This document shows, one piece after another, positions 18,169 through 30,796 of a DNA stretch of 64,000 nucleotides. A program made the position numbers and the translations under genes. This DNA comes from an uncultured Clostridia bacterium (GTDB lineage: Bacteria; Bacillota; Clostridia; UBA1212; UBA1255). How positions within the stretch are numbered: the stretch's first letter is position 1; every line of letters starts with the position of its first letter. The notes beneath the pieces are model-generated. The model saw only the letters and a program-made list of their open reading frames with translations. It made no database searches and had not been told where the DNA came from. The stretch covers positions 1,591 to 65,590 of the forward strand of contig CANQOI010000003.1 of assembly GCA_947625435.1 (NCBI GenBank). Direction: 5' to 3'.

Positions 18169-20253
18169 TTATGCGTTTTGGGCATTTCTCTGTTTTATGA
18201 CAGCATCCTGTACACTCTTCGGAACTTCCTCGTAGTGACTCGGCTCCATTATAAACGAACCTCTTCCCTGTGTTATGGATCGGAGTGTCGTCGTGTATCC
18301 GAACATCTCGGCCAGAGGACAGAAAGCAGATATCACCTTATTTCCCGCAACATCATCCATGCCCTCTATCTTGCCTCTCTTTGAACTGATAGAGCCTATT
18401 ATGTCTCCGAGATATTCCTCGGGAACATTCACGCTGACTTTCATGATAGGTTCGAGCAGCACGGGATCTGCCTTGCGGCATGCATCCTTTATTGCCATCG
18501 AGCCTGCTATCTTGAACGCCATCTCGGAAGAGTCGACCTCGTGATAAGAACCGTCAACAAGTGTAACTTTAACGTCAACAACAGGATATCCGCCGAGCAC
18601 GCCTGTCTGAAGTGCATCCTGAATGCCCTGATCAACAGGTCCGATATACTCCTTGGGGATCACGCCGCCGACGATCTTGTTGACGAACTCATATCCTTTA
18701 CCTCTCTCAAGCGGCTCTACCTCGATCACGCAGTGACCGTACTGGCCGCGTCCGCCCGACTGACGCACGAACTTTCCTTCCTGACGTACAGCCTTACGTA
18801 TGCCTTCTTTATACGCAACCTGCGGATTACCTACATTAGCCTCGACCTTGAACTCACGCAGGAGTCTGTCTACTATGATTTCAAGATGGAGCTCGCCCAT
18901 TCCCGAAATAATGGTCTGTCCGGTCTCAGAATCAGTATGAACTCTGAATGTAGGATCTTCTTCGGCAAGCTTCTGAAGAGCTATGCTCATCTTCTCCTGA
19001 CCTGCTTTTGTCTTAGGTTCAACGGCTACCGAAATAACGGGATCCGGAAATTCCATTTTTTCAAGAACGATCGGATTCGTTTCATCGCAAAGCGTGTCGC
19101 CCGTCGTAGTATCCTTAAGTCCCACGGCAGCGGCTATATCACCCGCATATACACAGTTGATCTCTTCTCTGTGATTCGCGTGCATCTGAACTATACGTCC
19201 GATCCTCTCCTTCTTACCCTTTGTTGCATTATAAACATATGAACCTGCTTCAAGCGTTCCCGAATACACACGGAAGAAGCAAAGCTTTCCGACAAAAGGA
19301 TCGGTCACAATCTTGAACGCAAGCGCGGAAAACGGCTCACTGTCGCTGGAGTGTCTGAAGGATTCCTCTTCTTCTCCGGGAACGACGCCTTTGATCGAAG
19401 GAATATCAGTCGGCGCCGGCATAAAGTCTACGATCGCATCGAGGAGCTGCTGCACTCCCTTATTTCTGTAAGACGATCCGCAGAGTATGGGTATCATCTT
19501 AACCGATATCGTAGCCTTTCTGATGGCTCTCTTAAGCTCTTCTACAGTGATCTCCTCTCCTTCAAGATATTTCGCCATTACGTCATCGTCCTGATCCGCA
19601 ACAGCCTCGAGAAGCTTATCCCTGTATTCGGCAGCAAGATCGGCCATATCATCGGGTATAGGCTCGATCTCCACTTTTGTTCCGAGTTCATCTTTATAAA
19701 CGTGAGCATCCATGTTTATAAGATCCACAATTCCTACAAACGAATCCTCTTTGCCTATAGGGAGCTGTATCGGAACGGCGTTTGCGCCGAGGCGAGTGCG
19801 TATCATATCAACGCAACGGTAAAAATCCGCACCCATGATATCCATTTTGTTTACATAGCCCATACGGGGAACACCATATTTATCCGCCTGTCTCCAAACT
19901 GTCTCCGACTGCGGTTCAACGCCTCCTTTGGCGCAGAACAGCGTAACACTTCCGTCAAGGACTCTCAGAGAGCGTTCAACTTCAACGGTAAAATCCACAT
20001 GTCCGGGAGTATCGATTATATTTATTCTCGTATTCTTCCACTGAGCCGTCGTGGCAGCGGAAGTGATCGTAATACCTCTCTCCTGCTCCTGTACCATATA
20101 GTCCATTGTAGCCGCGCCATCGTGTACCTCGCCGATCTTATGAGTACGTCCCGTGTAGAAAAGTATTCTTTCCGTCGTTGTCGTCTTACCGGCGTCTATA
20201 TGAGCCATAATTCCTATATTTCTGGTATTCTCCAAACTAAACTTTCTAGGCAT
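18169..20253 (-). CDS. fusA: elongation factor G
   Basis: [35 protein letters not shown]... 694 aa. Confidence 0.95.
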   Translation of the reverse strand: MPRKFSLENTRNIGIMAHIDAGKTTTTERILFYTGRTHKIGEVHDGAATMDYMVQEQERGITITSAATTAQWKNTRINIIDTPGHVDFTVEVERSLRVLDGSVTLFCAKGGVEPQSETVWRQADKYGVPRMGYVNKMDIMGADFYRCVDMIRTRLGANAVPIQLPIGKEDSFVGIVDLINMDAHVYKDELGTKVEIEPIPDDMADLAAEYRDKLLEAVADQDDDVMAKYLEGEEITVEELKRAIRKATISVKMIPILCGSSYRNKGVQQLLDAIVDFMPAPTDIPSIKGVVPGEEEESFRHSSDSEPFSALAFKIVTDPFVGKLCFFRVYSGTLEAGSYVYNATKGKKERIGRIVQMHANHREEINCVYAGDIAAAVGLKDTTTGDTLCDETNPIVLEKMEFPDPVISVAVEPKTKAGQEKMSIALQKLAEEDPTFRVHTDSETGQTIISGMGELHLEIIVDRLLREFKVEANVGNPQVAYKEGIRKAVRQEGKFVRQSGGRGQYGHCVIEVEPLERGKGYEFVNKIVGGVIPKEYIGPVDQGIQDALQTGVLGGYPVVDVKVTLVDGSYHEVDSSEMAFKIAGSMAIKDACRKADPVLLEPIMKVSVNVPEEYLGDIIGSISSKRGKIEGMDDVAGNKVISAFCPLAEMFGYTTTLRSITQGRGSFIMEPSHYEEVPKSVQDAVIKQRNAQNA

Positions 20254-20306
20254 ATTTTCTCCATTCTTTCGTAAATAACTATTGCCTTTATGCTCCGTTC
20301 AGTAAA

Positions 20307-20777
20307 TTACCAACGGAAATGAGCAAAAGCTCTGTTGGCCTCTGCCATTTTATGCATATCTTCTTTTCTTCTTACGGCTCCGCCCGCATTGTTAAGAGCA
20401 TCCATGAGCTCGCCCGCAAGACGCTCGGCCATAGTCTTCTCGCTGCGCTTACGTGCAAAGAAAACGATCCAGCGCAATCCGAGTGCCTGACGGCGTTCCG
20501 GCCTTACTTCCATAGGAACCTGATATGTTGCACCGCCGACACGGCGCGCCTTAACCTCTAATTGGGGCATGATATTATTGAGAGCTTCTTTGAAAGCTTC
20601 AAGGGGTTCTTTGCCGGTCTTCTCACGTACGATATCAAAAGCGTCATAGCATATCTTCTGTGCTACGCCCTTCTTGCCGTCGAGCATGATATTATTTATG
20701 AGTTTTGTAACGATCTGATCGTTATATATCGGATCGGGCAGAACCTCTCTCTTCGCAATATATCCCTTTCTAGGCAT
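20307..20777 (-). CDS. rpsG: 30S ribosomal protein S7
   Basis: [28 protein letters not shown]... 156 aa. Confidence 0.95.
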   Translation of the reverse strand: MPRKGYIAKREVLPDPIYNDQIVTKLINNIMLDGKKGVAQKICYDAFDIVREKTGKEPLEAFKEALNNIMPQLEVKARRVGGATYQVPMEVRPERRQALGLRWIVFFARKRSEKTMAERLAGELMDALNNAGGAVRRKEDMHKMAEANRAFAHFRW

Positions 20778-20918
20778 TTAACTTCCCTCCTTACTAATGA
20801 TAATCGATCATCTGGTACTCTGCTCTGCTTCAGAGCAGTACATGCCGGTAAAATTCATAAGATATATCACGTTCATGAAATAAAATCTATATGAAACACC
20901 GGCGATCCCGGTATAAAA

Positions 20919-21341
20919 TTATTTTTTCGAACTCTTCGGCACTTTAGCGCCATACTTGGATCTTCCCTGCATACGGTTGTTTACTCCCGCCGTATCAAGC
21001 GTACCTCTTATGATGTGATACCTCACACCGGGGAGATCCTTAACTCTTCCGCCTCTTATAAGAACAACACTGTGCTCCTGAAGGTTATGTCCGATACCCG
21101 GTATATAAGCGGTAACTTCCATACCGTTTGTCAGACGTACCCTCGCTATCTTACGCAGCGCGGAATTAGGTTTCTTAGGGGTAGTTGTTCTTACGACAGA
21201 GCACACACCTCTCTTCTGTGGACTGCTTATGTCTGTGCTTCTCTTTGCAAGGCTGTTAAAACCTTTCTGGAGCGCAGGAGAAGTGGATTTCTTCTCTACC
21301 GTCTGTCTGCCCTTACGAACCAACTGGTTAAATGTCGGCAT
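20919..21341 (-). CDS. rpsL: 30S ribosomal protein S12
   Basis: [13 protein letters not shown]...[10 protein letters not shown]... 140 aa. Confidence 0.95.
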   Translation of the reverse strand: MPTFNQLVRKGRQTVEKKSTSPALQKGFNSLAKRSTDISSPQKRGVCSVVRTTTPKKPNSALRKIARVRLTNGMEVTAYIPGIGHNLQEHSVVLIRGGRVKDLPGVRYHIIRGTLDTAGVNNRMQGRSKYGAKVPKSSKK

Positions 21342-21436
21342 TCAATTTCACCTCCGTCTATAAATTAAGATAAATATGATATAACACACAAACACGATTT
21401 GGACGATAAAATCGTCCAAATCGCATAAGCGTTGCT

Positions 21437-21465
21437 ATTTTACAATAATGAATCACGCTTGTCAA
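21437..21465 (-). promoter_or_regulatory. sigma-A-type promoter for the str operon (TTGACA, 17 nt, TAAAAT)
   Basis: The minus strand reads TTGACAagcgtgattcattattgTAAAAT in the rpoC-rpsL spacer. A perfect 13-bp stem-loop (21395..21423) begins within about 10 nt of the predicted TSS. Confidence 0.4.
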
Positions 21466-21514
21466 TAAGACTCATTCCGTAATTTCCCTTCATCTTGCCC
21501 GGATTCCGACTGCT

Positions 21515-24500
21515 CTATTCCTCATCGGGATCACTGTCGTCGTCAAGATAGATATCTCCGTCGATTATATCGTAATCATTTTCATCGATCTCACCGAGAT
21601 CTTCATCCTCGAGCGTTTCGAGAAGCTCCTCGTCTTCATCCGGAGCCACTGCATCTTCGGCTGCATCTTCATCGGAAGCATCTGTCTGCACAGTGCCCGG
21701 AGCTTCCCCAGGTTTACGCTTAAGTGCCTCTACATTTATATCAATATCCTTGTAGCGGCTCATTCCCGTACCTGCGGGTATGAGCTTTCCGATTATAACG
21801 TTTTCTTTAAGTCCGAGGAGCGGATCGCGCTTACTCTTTATCGCAGCCTCGGTAAGCACACGCGTTGTTTCCTGGAATGAAGCTGCGGACAGGAATGATT
21901 CGGTGGCAAGAGATGCCTTTGTTATTCCGAGCAGCGCTCTGCTTCCCGTAGCCTCCTGCTTGCCTTCCTCTCTCATTTTTGCATTTTCGGCTTTGAATGT
22001 TGAAATATCGACCACGCTTCCCGGGAGAAGTGTCGTATCTCCGGCATCGTCTACCTTGATCTTCCTGAGCATCTGCCTTACTATGACCTCAATATGCCTG
22101 TCATTGATCTTAACGCCCTGCATATTGTAGACCTTCTGCACTTCTTCGATTATATAGTTCTGAACACCGGTAACGCCTATTATGCGCAATATGTCATGCG
22201 GATTGACAGATCCGCTCACTATCATATCGCCCTTTTTAACGGTATCCCCGTCCTGAACCTTTATATTCGTGCCTGTCACAAAAGAATAAGAAACACTTTC
22301 TCCGGTTTCGGACGTTACGGTAACTTCCTTCTTCTTTCCTGCATCATTAATTGACACTGTTCCGTCAAGCTCGGATATCGTGGCGTTTCCTTTGGGCTTT
22401 CGTGCTTCGAAAAGCTCTTCTACTCTCGGAAGGCCCTGGGTGATATCGTCGGCTGTGGCAACACCGCCGGTATGGAACGTACGCATCGTAAGCTGTGTAC
22501 CGGGCTCTCCTATCGACTGAGCCGCTATTATTCCGACTGCATCTCCTATATTGCACTCCTCATTGGTCGCCAGGTTCGAACCGTAGCACTTGGCGCATAC
22601 GCCGTGGGCGCACTGACATGTAAGTACCGATCTGATCTTAACCTTTGTATATCCGGCAGCCACTATTTTTTCAGCAAGCTCTTCGGTTATGAGAGTATCG
22701 CGATCGGCAAGGAGCTCACCCGTAACGGGATCTACTATATCCTCCGCAGGATAACGTCCCGAAATACGCGCTTCGAGCGGAACTATGGGTCCCTGCTCCT
22801 TAGCATCACTGTTCTCGATCGCGGATATTTCTATATATTCGTCTGTTCCGCAGTCCGCCTCGCGTATTATCACTTCCTGGCTCACATCCACAAGCCTTCT
22901 TGTAAGATATCCGGAGTCGGCGGTCCTGAGAGCAGTGTCGGAAAGTGTCTTTCTCGTTCCGTGGCTCGATATGAAGAATTCGAGTACGTCAAGACCTTCA
23001 CGGAAGTTGGCCTTTATAGGTATCTCTATCGATTTACCCGATGTATCCGTCATAAGTCCGCGCATTCCGGCGAGCTGCTTTATCTGGTTGATATTACCTC
23101 TTGCTCCCGAGTCGCTCATCATGTTTATAGGATTGTACTCTCCCATGTTCTTCTTGAGAATCGCGGTGAGCTTATCGATCGTTTCGGTCCATGCCTTTAT
23201 AACATTGTTATAACGCTCTTCCTCGGTTATAAGACCTCTTCTGTACTGTTTTACTATTTTATCGACGAGCTTGTCGGTCTCTTCAATGAGCTGCTGCTTC
23301 TCGGGAGGAACTATTATATCCTCTATTCCGACGGTTATGGCGCCCTTTGTCGAATACTTATATCCGAGTGACTTTATCTTATCCAGTACAACGGCCGTTT
23401 CGGTAAGCCCGTGTACCTTTATGCATTTGTCAAGTATCTCTCCTAAGGTTCCCTTCTTGACGAGCATATCGATCTCAAGGACGAGCGCATTTTCGCGTTT
23501 TGTTCTGTCTACGAAACCGAGATCCTGAGGTATCGCCTCGTTAAAGATGAGCTTTCCGATCGTCGTATTTATTATCTGACTTATCGGTTCGCCCTCGAAT
23601 TCTCCGAACCGACGCACCTTTATGGCTGTATGAAGGTCTATGCGTCCCGTGTCATATGCGAGCTTTGCCTCATCGAACGATCCGAAAACAGGCGCGTTCG
23701 TATAATCCTTGTTCTTGTAAAGCGTAAGATAATAGCTTCCGAGTACCATGTCCTGAGTCGGGACCGTTATAGGCTTGCCGTCTTTGGGAGCGAGAAGGTT
23801 ATTCGCAGACAGCATGAGCACCCTCGCCTCAGCCTGAGCCTCCGCGGAAAGCGGCACATGCACTGCCATCTGGTCTCCGTCAAAGTCGGCATTGTATGCC
23901 GTACATACGAGCGGGTGCAGTCTGAGTGCGCGTCCCTCAACAAGCACGGGTTCAAATGCCTGTATGCCGAGTCTGTGCAGCGTAGGCGCTCTGTTGAGCA
24001 GGACAGGGTGTTCCTTTATTATGTCCTCAAGTATATCCCATACTTCCGGACGGACTCTGTCCACCATTTTACGGGCGCTCTTTATATTCTGGGCTTTGCC
24101 GTCATTAACGAGCTTTCTCATAACGAACGGCTTAAACAGCTCAAGTGCCATTTCCTTCGGAAGACCGCACTGATATATTTTAAGCTCAGGTCCGACAACT
24201 ATAACGCTTCGTCCGGAATAATCGACTCTCTTTCCGAGCAGATTCTGGCGGAAGCGTCCCTGCTTGCCGCGGAGCATATCGGAAAGAGATTTAAGAGGTC
24301 TGGTGTTAGGTCCCGTCACCGGGCGTCCGCGGCGTCCGTTGTCGAGGAGCGCGTCCACAGCTTCCTGGAGCATTCTTTTCTCGTTTCTGACAATGATATC
24401 CGGGGCCCTCAGCTCCTGAAGTCTTCTCAGTCTGTTGTTTCTGTTAATCACGCGCCTGTACAGATCATTGAGGTCCGATGTGGCGAATCTGCCGCCGTCG

Positions 24501-25267
24501 AGCTGTACCATAGGACGAAGGTCCGGAGGTATTACCGGTATGACGGAAAGTATCATCCATTCAGGTTTGTTGTGTGACTGTCTGAAAGCTTCAACGACCT
24601 CAAGTCTCTTAACAAGACGCATTTTCTTCTGGCTTATCGTCTGTCCGCCTTTTTCCTTTTCTTTCTGAGTGAGGCGGTCTACCTCTTCCCTGAGTTCTGC
24701 GGAAAGCTCATCGAGATCGACGTCGTGGAGGAGCTTCTGTATCGCCTCGGCGCCCATCTGAGCCTGAAAACGCTGATACCCGTATGTTTCGATCGCCTCT
24801 CTGTACTCACGCTCGGTAAGAACCTGCTTATACGCAAGAGCAGTCGTTCCGGGATCGATGACAACGTATGCGGCAAAATACAATATCTTTTCCAGCGCTC
24901 TCGGAGCCATATCGAGTATGAGTCCCATTCGGCTGGGTATACCTCTGAAAAACCATATGTGGGATACGGGAGCCGCCAGTTCAATATGTCCCATACGTGT
25001 ACGTCTGACCTTTGAGCTTGTTACTTCAACTCCGCATTTGTCACATACGATACCTCTGTATCTGTTTTTCTTATATTTACCGCAGTGGCACTCTCCGTCC
25101 TTTGTAGGTCCGAATATTCTTTCGCAGAAAAGTCCGTCCTTTTCAGGCTTAAGAGTCCTGTAATTTATGGTTTCAGGCTTTTTGACTTCTCCGTGAGACC
25201 ATTTGAGTATGGTTTCAGGCGAGGCAAGACCTATCTGTATTGAATCAAAATTATTAAAATCTGTCAT
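21515..25267 (-). CDS. rpoC: DNA-directed RNA polymerase subunit beta' with an acidic C-terminal tail
   Basis: [38 protein letters not shown]..., NADFDGDQM catalytic motif. 1250 aa. The last ~60 aa are Asp/Glu-rich. Confidence 0.95.
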   Translation of the reverse strand: MTDFNNFDSIQIGLASPETILKWSHGEVKKPETINYRTLKPEKDGLFCERIFGPTKDGECHCGKYKKNRYRGIVCDKCGVEVTSSKVRRTRMGHIELAAPVSHIWFFRGIPSRMGLILDMAPRALEKILYFAAYVVIDPGTTALAYKQVLTEREYREAIETYGYQRFQAQMGAEAIQKLLHDVDLDELSAELREEVDRLTQKEKEKGGQTISQKKMRLVKRLEVVEAFRQSHNKPEWMILSVIPVIPPDLRPMVQLDGGRFATSDLNDLYRRVINRNNRLRRLQELRAPDIIVRNEKRMLQEAVDALLDNGRRGRPVTGPNTRPLKSLSDMLRGKQGRFRQNLLGKRVDYSGRSVIVVGPELKIYQCGLPKEMALELFKPFVMRKLVNDGKAQNIKSARKMVDRVRPEVWDILEDIIKEHPVLLNRAPTLHRLGIQAFEPVLVEGRALRLHPLVCTAYNADFDGDQMAVHVPLSAEAQAEARVLMLSANNLLAPKDGKPITVPTQDMVLGSYYLTLYKNKDYTNAPVFGSFDEAKLAYDTGRIDLHTAIKVRRFGEFEGEPISQIINTTIGKLIFNEAIPQDLGFVDRTKRENALVLEIDMLVKKGTLGEILDKCIKVHGLTETAVVLDKIKSLGYKYSTKGAITVGIEDIIVPPEKQQLIEETDKLVDKIVKQYRRGLITEEERYNNVIKAWTETIDKLTAILKKNMGEYNPINMMSDSGARGNINQIKQLAGMRGLMTDTSGKSIEIPIKANFREGLDVLEFFISSHGTRKTLSDTALRTADSGYLTRRLVDVSQEVIIREADCGTDEYIEISAIENSDAKEQGPIVPLEARISGRYPAEDIVDPVTGELLADRDTLITEELAEKIVAAGYTKVKIRSVLTCQCAHGVCAKCYGSNLATNEECNIGDAVGIIAAQSIGEPGTQLTMRTFHTGGVATADDITQGLPRVEELFEARKPKGNATISELDGTVSINDAGKKKEVTVTSETGESVSYSFVTGTNIKVQDGDTVKKGDMIVSGSVNPHDILRIIGVTGVQNYIIEEVQKVYNMQGVKINDRHIEVIVRQMLRKIKVDDAGDTTLLPGSVVDISTFKAENAKMREEGKQEATGSRALLGITKASLATESFLSAASFQETTRVLTEAAIKSKRDPLLGLKENVIIGKLIPAGTGMSRYKDIDINVEALKRKPGEAPGTVQTDASDEDAAEDAVAPDEDEELLETLEDEDLGEIDENDYDIIDGDIYLDDDSDPDEE

Positions 25268-25288
25268 TCTGTCCGCACTCCTTTACAA

Positions 25289-28200
25289 TCACTCCGAATC
25301 GGTCGTATCTGAAATATTGTCAAATACGTCTGCGTCAAGTTCTGCCTCTCCCTCTTCAAAATCAGATATTTCCGGCTCATCCGTGTCGTCAAAATCGTCA
25401 TCGTGAAGTATATCGTCCGACGGATCGGACTCGGCCGAAGCATCGCCCGACATGAATATTCCGCCCGAATCATCCGTAAATGACTGAAAATCGGGATTGT
25501 ATACGTCCTTCTTGGTCCTGTATTTATCGGGATTCTTTATATAATCCTCTTCCGCCTCTTTAAGCGGTATCTCCGTATTGTCTTCCGTAAAGATACGCAC
25601 GTCGAGAGCAAGGCTCTGCAGCTCTTTAACAAGCACCTTGAACGACTCCGGTATGCCGGGTTCGGGAACATTCTCACCCTTTACAATGGCTTCATAAGTC
25701 TTTACGCGTCCTATGGTATCATCGGACTTGATAGTGAGTATCTCCTGAAGTGTATACGCGGCTCCGTAAGCTTCGAGCGCCCATACTTCCATTTCACCGA
25801 AGCGCTGTCCTCCGAACTGTGCCTTTCCTCCGAGAGGCTGCTGTGTAACGAGCGAGTACGGTCCGGTCGAGCGCGCGTGTATCTTATCGTCAACAAGATG
25901 ATGAAGCTTAAGATAATACATATATCCGACTGTTACCGGGTTATCGAAGGGTTCTCCCGTACGGCCGTCGTAAAGTATCGTCTTTCCGTCCGGACTCTTG
26001 CCCGCAAGCTTGAGCGTGTCTATAATGTCATGCTCCGACGCCCCGTCGAATACAGGGGTCGCTATCTTCCATCCCAGTGCTTTTGCAGCGTATCCGAGAT
26101 GCACCTCTAGCACCTGACCTATGTTCATTCGGGAAGGAACGCCGAGAGGATTGAGCACTATTTCAAGCGGCGTACCGTCCGGCAGGAACGGCATATCCTC
26201 TTCCGGTAAAATCCTCGATATAACGCCCTTATTTCCGTGACGACCTGCCATTTTATCTCCGACGGAGAGCTTTCTCTTCTGAGCTATATAAACTCTTACC
26301 ATGCGGTTTACTCCGGGTGCCAGTTCATCGTCATTTTCTCTTGTAAATTCTTTAACGTCAACGACTATTCCGGATTCGCCGTGAGGAACCTTGAGTGATG
26401 TATCTCTTACATCTCTTGATTTCTCGCCGAATATGGCCCTCAGCAGTCTTTCCTCCGCAGTGAGCTCTGTCTCGCCCTTAGGAGTCACCTTGCCTACCAG
26501 TATATCTCCGGCATGAACCTCAGAGCCTACGATTATCACGCCGTTCTGGTCGAGCATGCGGAGCGCGTCCTCTCCCACATGGGGTATCTCGGCCGTTATC
26601 TCTTCCGGTCCGAGCTTTGTGTCTCTTGCCTCGCACTCATATTCTTCTATGTGTATCGAGGTGTATATGTCTTCTTTAACAAGCTTCTCGCTTATGAGGA
26701 CCGCGTCCTCGTAGTTGTAGCCTTCCCATGTCATAAAGCCTATGAGAGCGTTTCTTCCGAGAGCTATCTCTCCTTTGTCGGTGGACGGACCGTCCGCTAT
26801 CACATCGCCCTCTTCCACTCTCTGATCAAATGTCACGACAGGCTTCTGATTTATGCATGTGCCCTGATTGGAGCGCAGGAACTTGAGCAGATTGTACGTA
26901 TCAAACGTACCGTCATCGCGCTGAATGATTATATATTTGCCGGTGACGTCCTTGACTGTTCCGGAATGCTTCGCAAGCACAACGGCGCCCGAATCCTTGG
27001 CCGCTTTATACTCTATTCCCGTTGCTACGATAGGAGATTCGGCACAGAGCAGCGGAACAGCCTGGCGCTGCATGTTCGATCCCATGAGCGCACGGCTCGC
27101 GTCATCGTTCTCAAGGAACGGTATCATGGCCGCAGCCACGGACACTACCTGTTTCGGTGAAACGTCCATATAGTCGACACGTTCGCCTTCAACTTCTATA
27201 AATTCATCTCTGTATCTGCAGACGACCTTACGGTTCTTGAAATGTCCTTCCTCGTCGAGGGGCTCGTTTGCCTGAGCAATTATATATTTGTCCTCTTCAT
27301 CGGCCATGAGGTAGTCGATGTGATCGGTCACGATTTTCTTTTCGGGATCGTATTTTCTATATGGAGCTTCAATGAATCCGTATTCATTGATCCTCGCATA
27401 TGTACTCAGCGAGCCTATCAAACCTATATTCGGACCTTCCGGTGTTTCTATAGGACACATGCGTCCGTAATGCGAATAGTGTACGTCACGTACGTCGAAT
27501 GTCGCCCTTTCTCTGTTGAGTCCTCCCGGTCCCAGAGCGCTGAGCCTTCTCTTGTTGGCGAGCTCCGCCAGCGGATTCGTCTGATCCATGAACTGCGACA
27601 GCTGGCTCGAACCGAAGAATTCTTTGATCGCTGCCGTCACGGGTCTTGTGTTTATGAGCGCCTGAGGCGTTATCACGTCTTTCTCCTGCATCGCCATACG
27701 TTCGCGCACGATTCTTTCCATTCTCGAAAGTCCGATCCTGAACTGATTCTGGAGCAGTTCGCCTACGGAACGTATCCTTCTGTTCCCGAGATGGTCTATA
27801 TCATCCGTGAAGCCTATATCGTACTGCAGGTTCAGTATATAGCTGAAGGACGCTATTATATCGTCAAGCGTCAGATGCTTCGGCTGAAGATCGGGCACTC
27901 TGTTCTGTATCTCCTTCTCGAGCGCCTCGGTATCATCACCGACACGGTCAAGTATGTCTTTGAGCACTGTGTAATTTACACGTTCGGTTATGCCGTATTG
28001 TCTTACATTGAAAGGCACGTACTTCGTGATGTCCACAGTATTGTTTCCGATGATCTTAACAGGTCTGTACGATGTGTTTATGATTACGGTATTTATACCG
28101 CGATCCTGTATATCAACGGCCTTCTCCTCAGTCAGCGTCTCTCCGGCCTGTGCGATCACCTCTCCCGTTTCGGTGTCGATGACATCGGCCGCCAATGTCT

Positions 28201-29116
28201 TTCCTTCTATCTGTGAAAACAGTGAAAGCTTTTTGTTGAATTTATAACGGCCGACCTTGGCAAGGTCGTATCTCTTGGCGTCAAAGAACATTCCGTAAAG
28301 CAGAGAGCGGGCATTCTCAACGAGAGCCGGCTCACCGGGACGGAGCTTCTTGTATATCTCAATAAGCGCTTCGTCCGTATTCTGTGTCGAATCCTTCTGG
28401 AGTGTGTTCAGAAGGCGTTCGTCTACGATGGTATCCTCAACGTTCTCGGCATATGAAGGCGCGAGTTCATCCTTAGACACGGAGAAAAGGCCCAGTATGC
28501 TGCTGCTGTCGCTGTAGCCGAGGGCTCTCAGTAAGATCGTAGCGGGGATCTTTCTGTTTCTGTCTATCCTCACGTATACGATATCGCTGAAATCTATTTC
28601 CGTTTCAAGCCATGCTCCTCTGTTGGGGATGAGAGTTGATGCGGTTATATGCTTACCTTTGATCTTATCGTAATTCTTTTCAAAATATGCTCCGGGGGAA
28701 CGCACCAGCTGACTTACGATAACACGTTCGGCTCCGTTCATTATGAATGTTCCGTTATCCGTCATGAGAGGAAACTCTCCGAAGTATATAACGTCCTCCT
28801 TCATAAGTCCCGTTTCTTTATCTACAACACGTACGCGAACCTTAAGAGGAGATGCGTATGTCGCGTCTCTTTCCTTGCATTCCTCTATTGAATAATTGGT
28901 TTTGTTTTCGAGATAATAATCTACGAATTCCAGCATCAGATTTCCCGAATAATCGGTGATCGGGGAAATATCCTTAAAGACTTCTTTCAGGCCCTCGTCC
29001 AGGAACTGCTTATATGAGCTCTTCTGAACTGCTATGAGATTAGGCATTTCCAATATTTCCTGTATACGGGAATAGCTCTGTCTCTCATTCTGACCGTACA
29101 TTACCGAATGCACCAT
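25289..29116 (-). CDS. rpoB: DNA-directed RNA polymerase subunit beta with an acidic C-terminal tail
   Basis: 1275 aa. ...[15 protein letters not shown]... is the conserved N-terminus. GAGGTG SD. Confidence 0.95.
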   Translation of the reverse strand: MVHSVMYGQNERQSYSRIQEILEMPNLIAVQKSSYKQFLDEGLKEVFKDISPITDYSGNLMLEFVDYYLENKTNYSIEECKERDATYASPLKVRVRVVDKETGLMKEDVIYFGEFPLMTDNGTFIMNGAERVIVSQLVRSPGAYFEKNYDKIKGKHITASTLIPNRGAWLETEIDFSDIVYVRIDRNRKIPATILLRALGYSDSSSILGLFSVSKDELAPSYAENVEDTIVDERLLNTLQKDSTQNTDEALIEIYKKLRPGEPALVENARSLLYGMFFDAKRYDLAKVGRYKFNKKLSLFSQIEGKTLAADVIDTETGEVIAQAGETLTEEKAVDIQDRGINTVIINTSYRPVKIIGNNTVDITKYVPFNVRQYGITERVNYTVLKDILDRVGDDTEALEKEIQNRVPDLQPKHLTLDDIIASFSYILNLQYDIGFTDDIDHLGNRRIRSVGELLQNQFRIGLSRMERIVRERMAMQEKDVITPQALINTRPVTAAIKEFFGSSQLSQFMDQTNPLAELANKRRLSALGPGGLNRERATFDVRDVHYSHYGRMCPIETPEGPNIGLIGSLSTYARINEYGFIEAPYRKYDPEKKIVTDHIDYLMADEEDKYIIAQANEPLDEEGHFKNRKVVCRYRDEFIEVEGERVDYMDVSPKQVVSVAAAMIPFLENDDASRALMGSNMQRQAVPLLCAESPIVATGIEYKAAKDSGAVVLAKHSGTVKDVTGKYIIIQRDDGTFDTYNLLKFLRSNQGTCINQKPVVTFDQRVEEGDVIADGPSTDKGEIALGRNALIGFMTWEGYNYEDAVLISEKLVKEDIYTSIHIEEYECEARDTKLGPEEITAEIPHVGEDALRMLDQNGVIIVGSEVHAGDILVGKVTPKGETELTAEERLLRAIFGEKSRDVRDTSLKVPHGESGIVVDVKEFTRENDDELAPGVNRMVRVYIAQKRKLSVGDKMAGRHGNKGVISRILPEEDMPFLPDGTPLEIVLNPLGVPSRMNIGQVLEVHLGYAAKALGWKIATPVFDGASEHDIIDTLKLAGKSPDGKTILYDGRTGEPFDNPVTVGYMYYLKLHHLVDDKIHARSTGPYSLVTQQPLGGKAQFGGQRFGEMEVWALEAYGAAYTLQEILTIKSDDTIGRVKTYEAIVKGENVPEPGIPESFKVLVKELQSLALDVRIFTEDNTEIPLKEAEEDYIKNPDKYRTKKDVYNPDFQSFTDDSGGIFMSGDASAESDPSDDILHDDDFDDTDEPEISDFEEGEAELDADVFDNISDTTDSE

Positions 29117-29312
29117 TGATAATCACCTCATGTTTTCTTCCTGCAAAGCTGTCTCAGCAAGGCTTGTCCTGAAACTATTGCGCACCGTATGATTTCATGC
29201 TATAATCCGCACATCAGGACGGGCAACAGTTGATATTGGTACTACGCACGGCGCGTTTTGCGTGCGCCAATGCACCGTTGTAATCAATCAGGCGATTACA
29301 ACGCAGTTTGTT

Positions 29313-29341
29313 ATTGTATCACGAAGCAGTCAACGCGTCAA
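29313..29341 (-). promoter_or_regulatory. sigma-A-type promoter for rpoB (TTGACG, 17 nt, TACAAT)
   Basis: The minus strand reads TTGACGcgttgactgcttcgtgaTACAAT, about 190 nt upstream of rpoB. The perfect hairpin GTTGTAATC-aatcaggc-GATTACAAC (29278..29303) sits just downstream of the predicted TSS. Confidence 0.4.
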
Positions 29342-29516
29342 GACGGTGATAAGGTATCTCATAAAATTAATAATTTTCACATTTTGGTTATATTGGCGGC
29401 GGTGCGATCCGGCGTTTTATATGAGAATTCGTCGAATTATATATCTTCGTATTTTATATCTTCCTATTTCATTTCAATGATGTATAATACTACCCGTGAA
29501 GGAAGGAGCGGCAGTA

Positions 29517-30221
29517 ATGAACACAGCATTGATCCTGGCCGGCGGGAAAGGCACGCGCATGGGGGCTTCCGTGCCCAAACAATATATTTTACACAACGGT
29601 AAGCCCATACTCATACACACGTTGGAAGCATTTGCCGGACATGACGGTATAGATGACATATATATAGTATGTCCGCGGGACAGTATAGATCTGACGAGAG
29701 AAATGACCGTAAAATATAACGTGTCTAAGATAGCGGGCATTTTACCGGGAGGCGCGACGAGACGCGAATCGTCTCTTGCGGGCATACGCGCCATATCGGA
29801 GGATCACGGACGCGGTGACATAGTGCTCATACACGATGCGGCAAGACCGAATGTGTCCGCACGCATCATCTCGGAGAATATATCTGCGGCGGGCAGGTAC
29901 GGCGCGTGTGAAACGGCAGTAGCCGTATGCGACACGATAGCGGTATCCGAGGACGGGCTCAGGATAAAAAATATACCCGACAGAAGGTGCCTGTACAACG
30001 TGCAGACTCCTCAGTCGTTCAGGCTCGGGGTTATATATGACGCTCACACGGCGCTTGACGATAAACTCACGGAAAGCCCCGACGCCGCAAAAGACGTAAC
30101 GGACGATGCCGCTCTCATTTTACGGAACGGCGGCGATGTTTTTATTGTGGAGGGCGACAAATTGAACATCAAGATCACAACGGAGGAGGACCTCAGAATA
30201 TTATACAATATAATGATTTGA
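29517..30221 (+). CDS. ispD: 2-C-methyl-D-erythritol 4-phosphate cytidylyltransferase (IspD/TarI family)
   Basis: MNTALILAGGKGTRMGASVPKQYI... GGAGCGG SD. 234 aa. Confidence 0.75.
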   Translation: MNTALILAGGKGTRMGASVPKQYILHNGKPILIHTLEAFAGHDGIDDIYIVCPRDSIDLTREMTVKYNVSKIAGILPGGATRRESSLAGIRAISEDHGRGDIVLIHDAARPNVSARIISENISAAGRYGACETAVAVCDTIAVSEDGLRIKNIPDRRCLYNVQTPQSFRLGVIYDAHTALDDKLTESPDAAKDVTDDAALILRNGGDVFIVEGDKLNIKITTEEDLRILYNIMI

Positions 30222-30241
30222 TATTCGGGAGGTGTTGTGAA

Positions 30242-30463
30242 ATGTCCGGATGCTTGTGTATAGCAGGTTCTCAGAATCAGGCTTCGGCTATCGTTTCGAT
30301 GCTCAGGCGCGCGGGCGTAAGAAGTGAGATCGTTCCGACGCCGCGCCGCCTCGCGGAAGGCGAAGGCTGCTCGTACAGCGTGGAAATACCGCAAAAATAT
30401 GTTTCTGCCGCAATGGACATGCTGCGCCGTTCAGGCATGGACAACAGGATAGTGTGCCCGTAA
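30242..30463 (+). CDS. DUF3343-family small protein
   Basis: MSGCLCIAGSQNQASAIVSMLRRAGVRSEIVPTPRRLAEGEGCSYSV... resembles the DUF3343 pattern (...LIPTPRE...CG.S...). Its start overlaps the ispD stop. Confidence 0.5.
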   Translation: MSGCLCIAGSQNQASAIVSMLRRAGVRSEIVPTPRRLAEGEGCSYSVEIPQKYVSAAMDMLRRSGMDNRIVCP

Positions 30464-30796
30464 CGGAAAAATTTTACACTTGCTTTTTGTACGGTAAAAA
30501 TATATAATCCCGCCATGGAATGTCCGGGTGTATTCCTGGGGTGTTCGACAAGAACCTGTATTTTGAACCTACATCACAAACACGGGAATCCCATGCAAGA
30601 TGTTTTTAGACCGGGCCGCAAGCTAATTCCGGACTTTTGTCCGGCAGCGGAAGGTCGATATTACACGCAGGATACCCACCTAGCTCGGCTAGGTGTCAAA
30701 ATATTGGGGCGGCATCCCGGGTATCCCGGATTTTTTGCAGCAGCAACCGGAGACAGTTGCTGCTGCGTTCATTTGACGCCCCTCAGCGTCCGCCGT

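Noticed and set aside
21780-28247. Numerous plus-strand ORFs inside rpoC and rpoB (e.g. 22472..23371, 23630..24577, 27242..28216)
   Set aside because: They are antisense shadows of rpoB/rpoC and their translations have no recognisable motifs.
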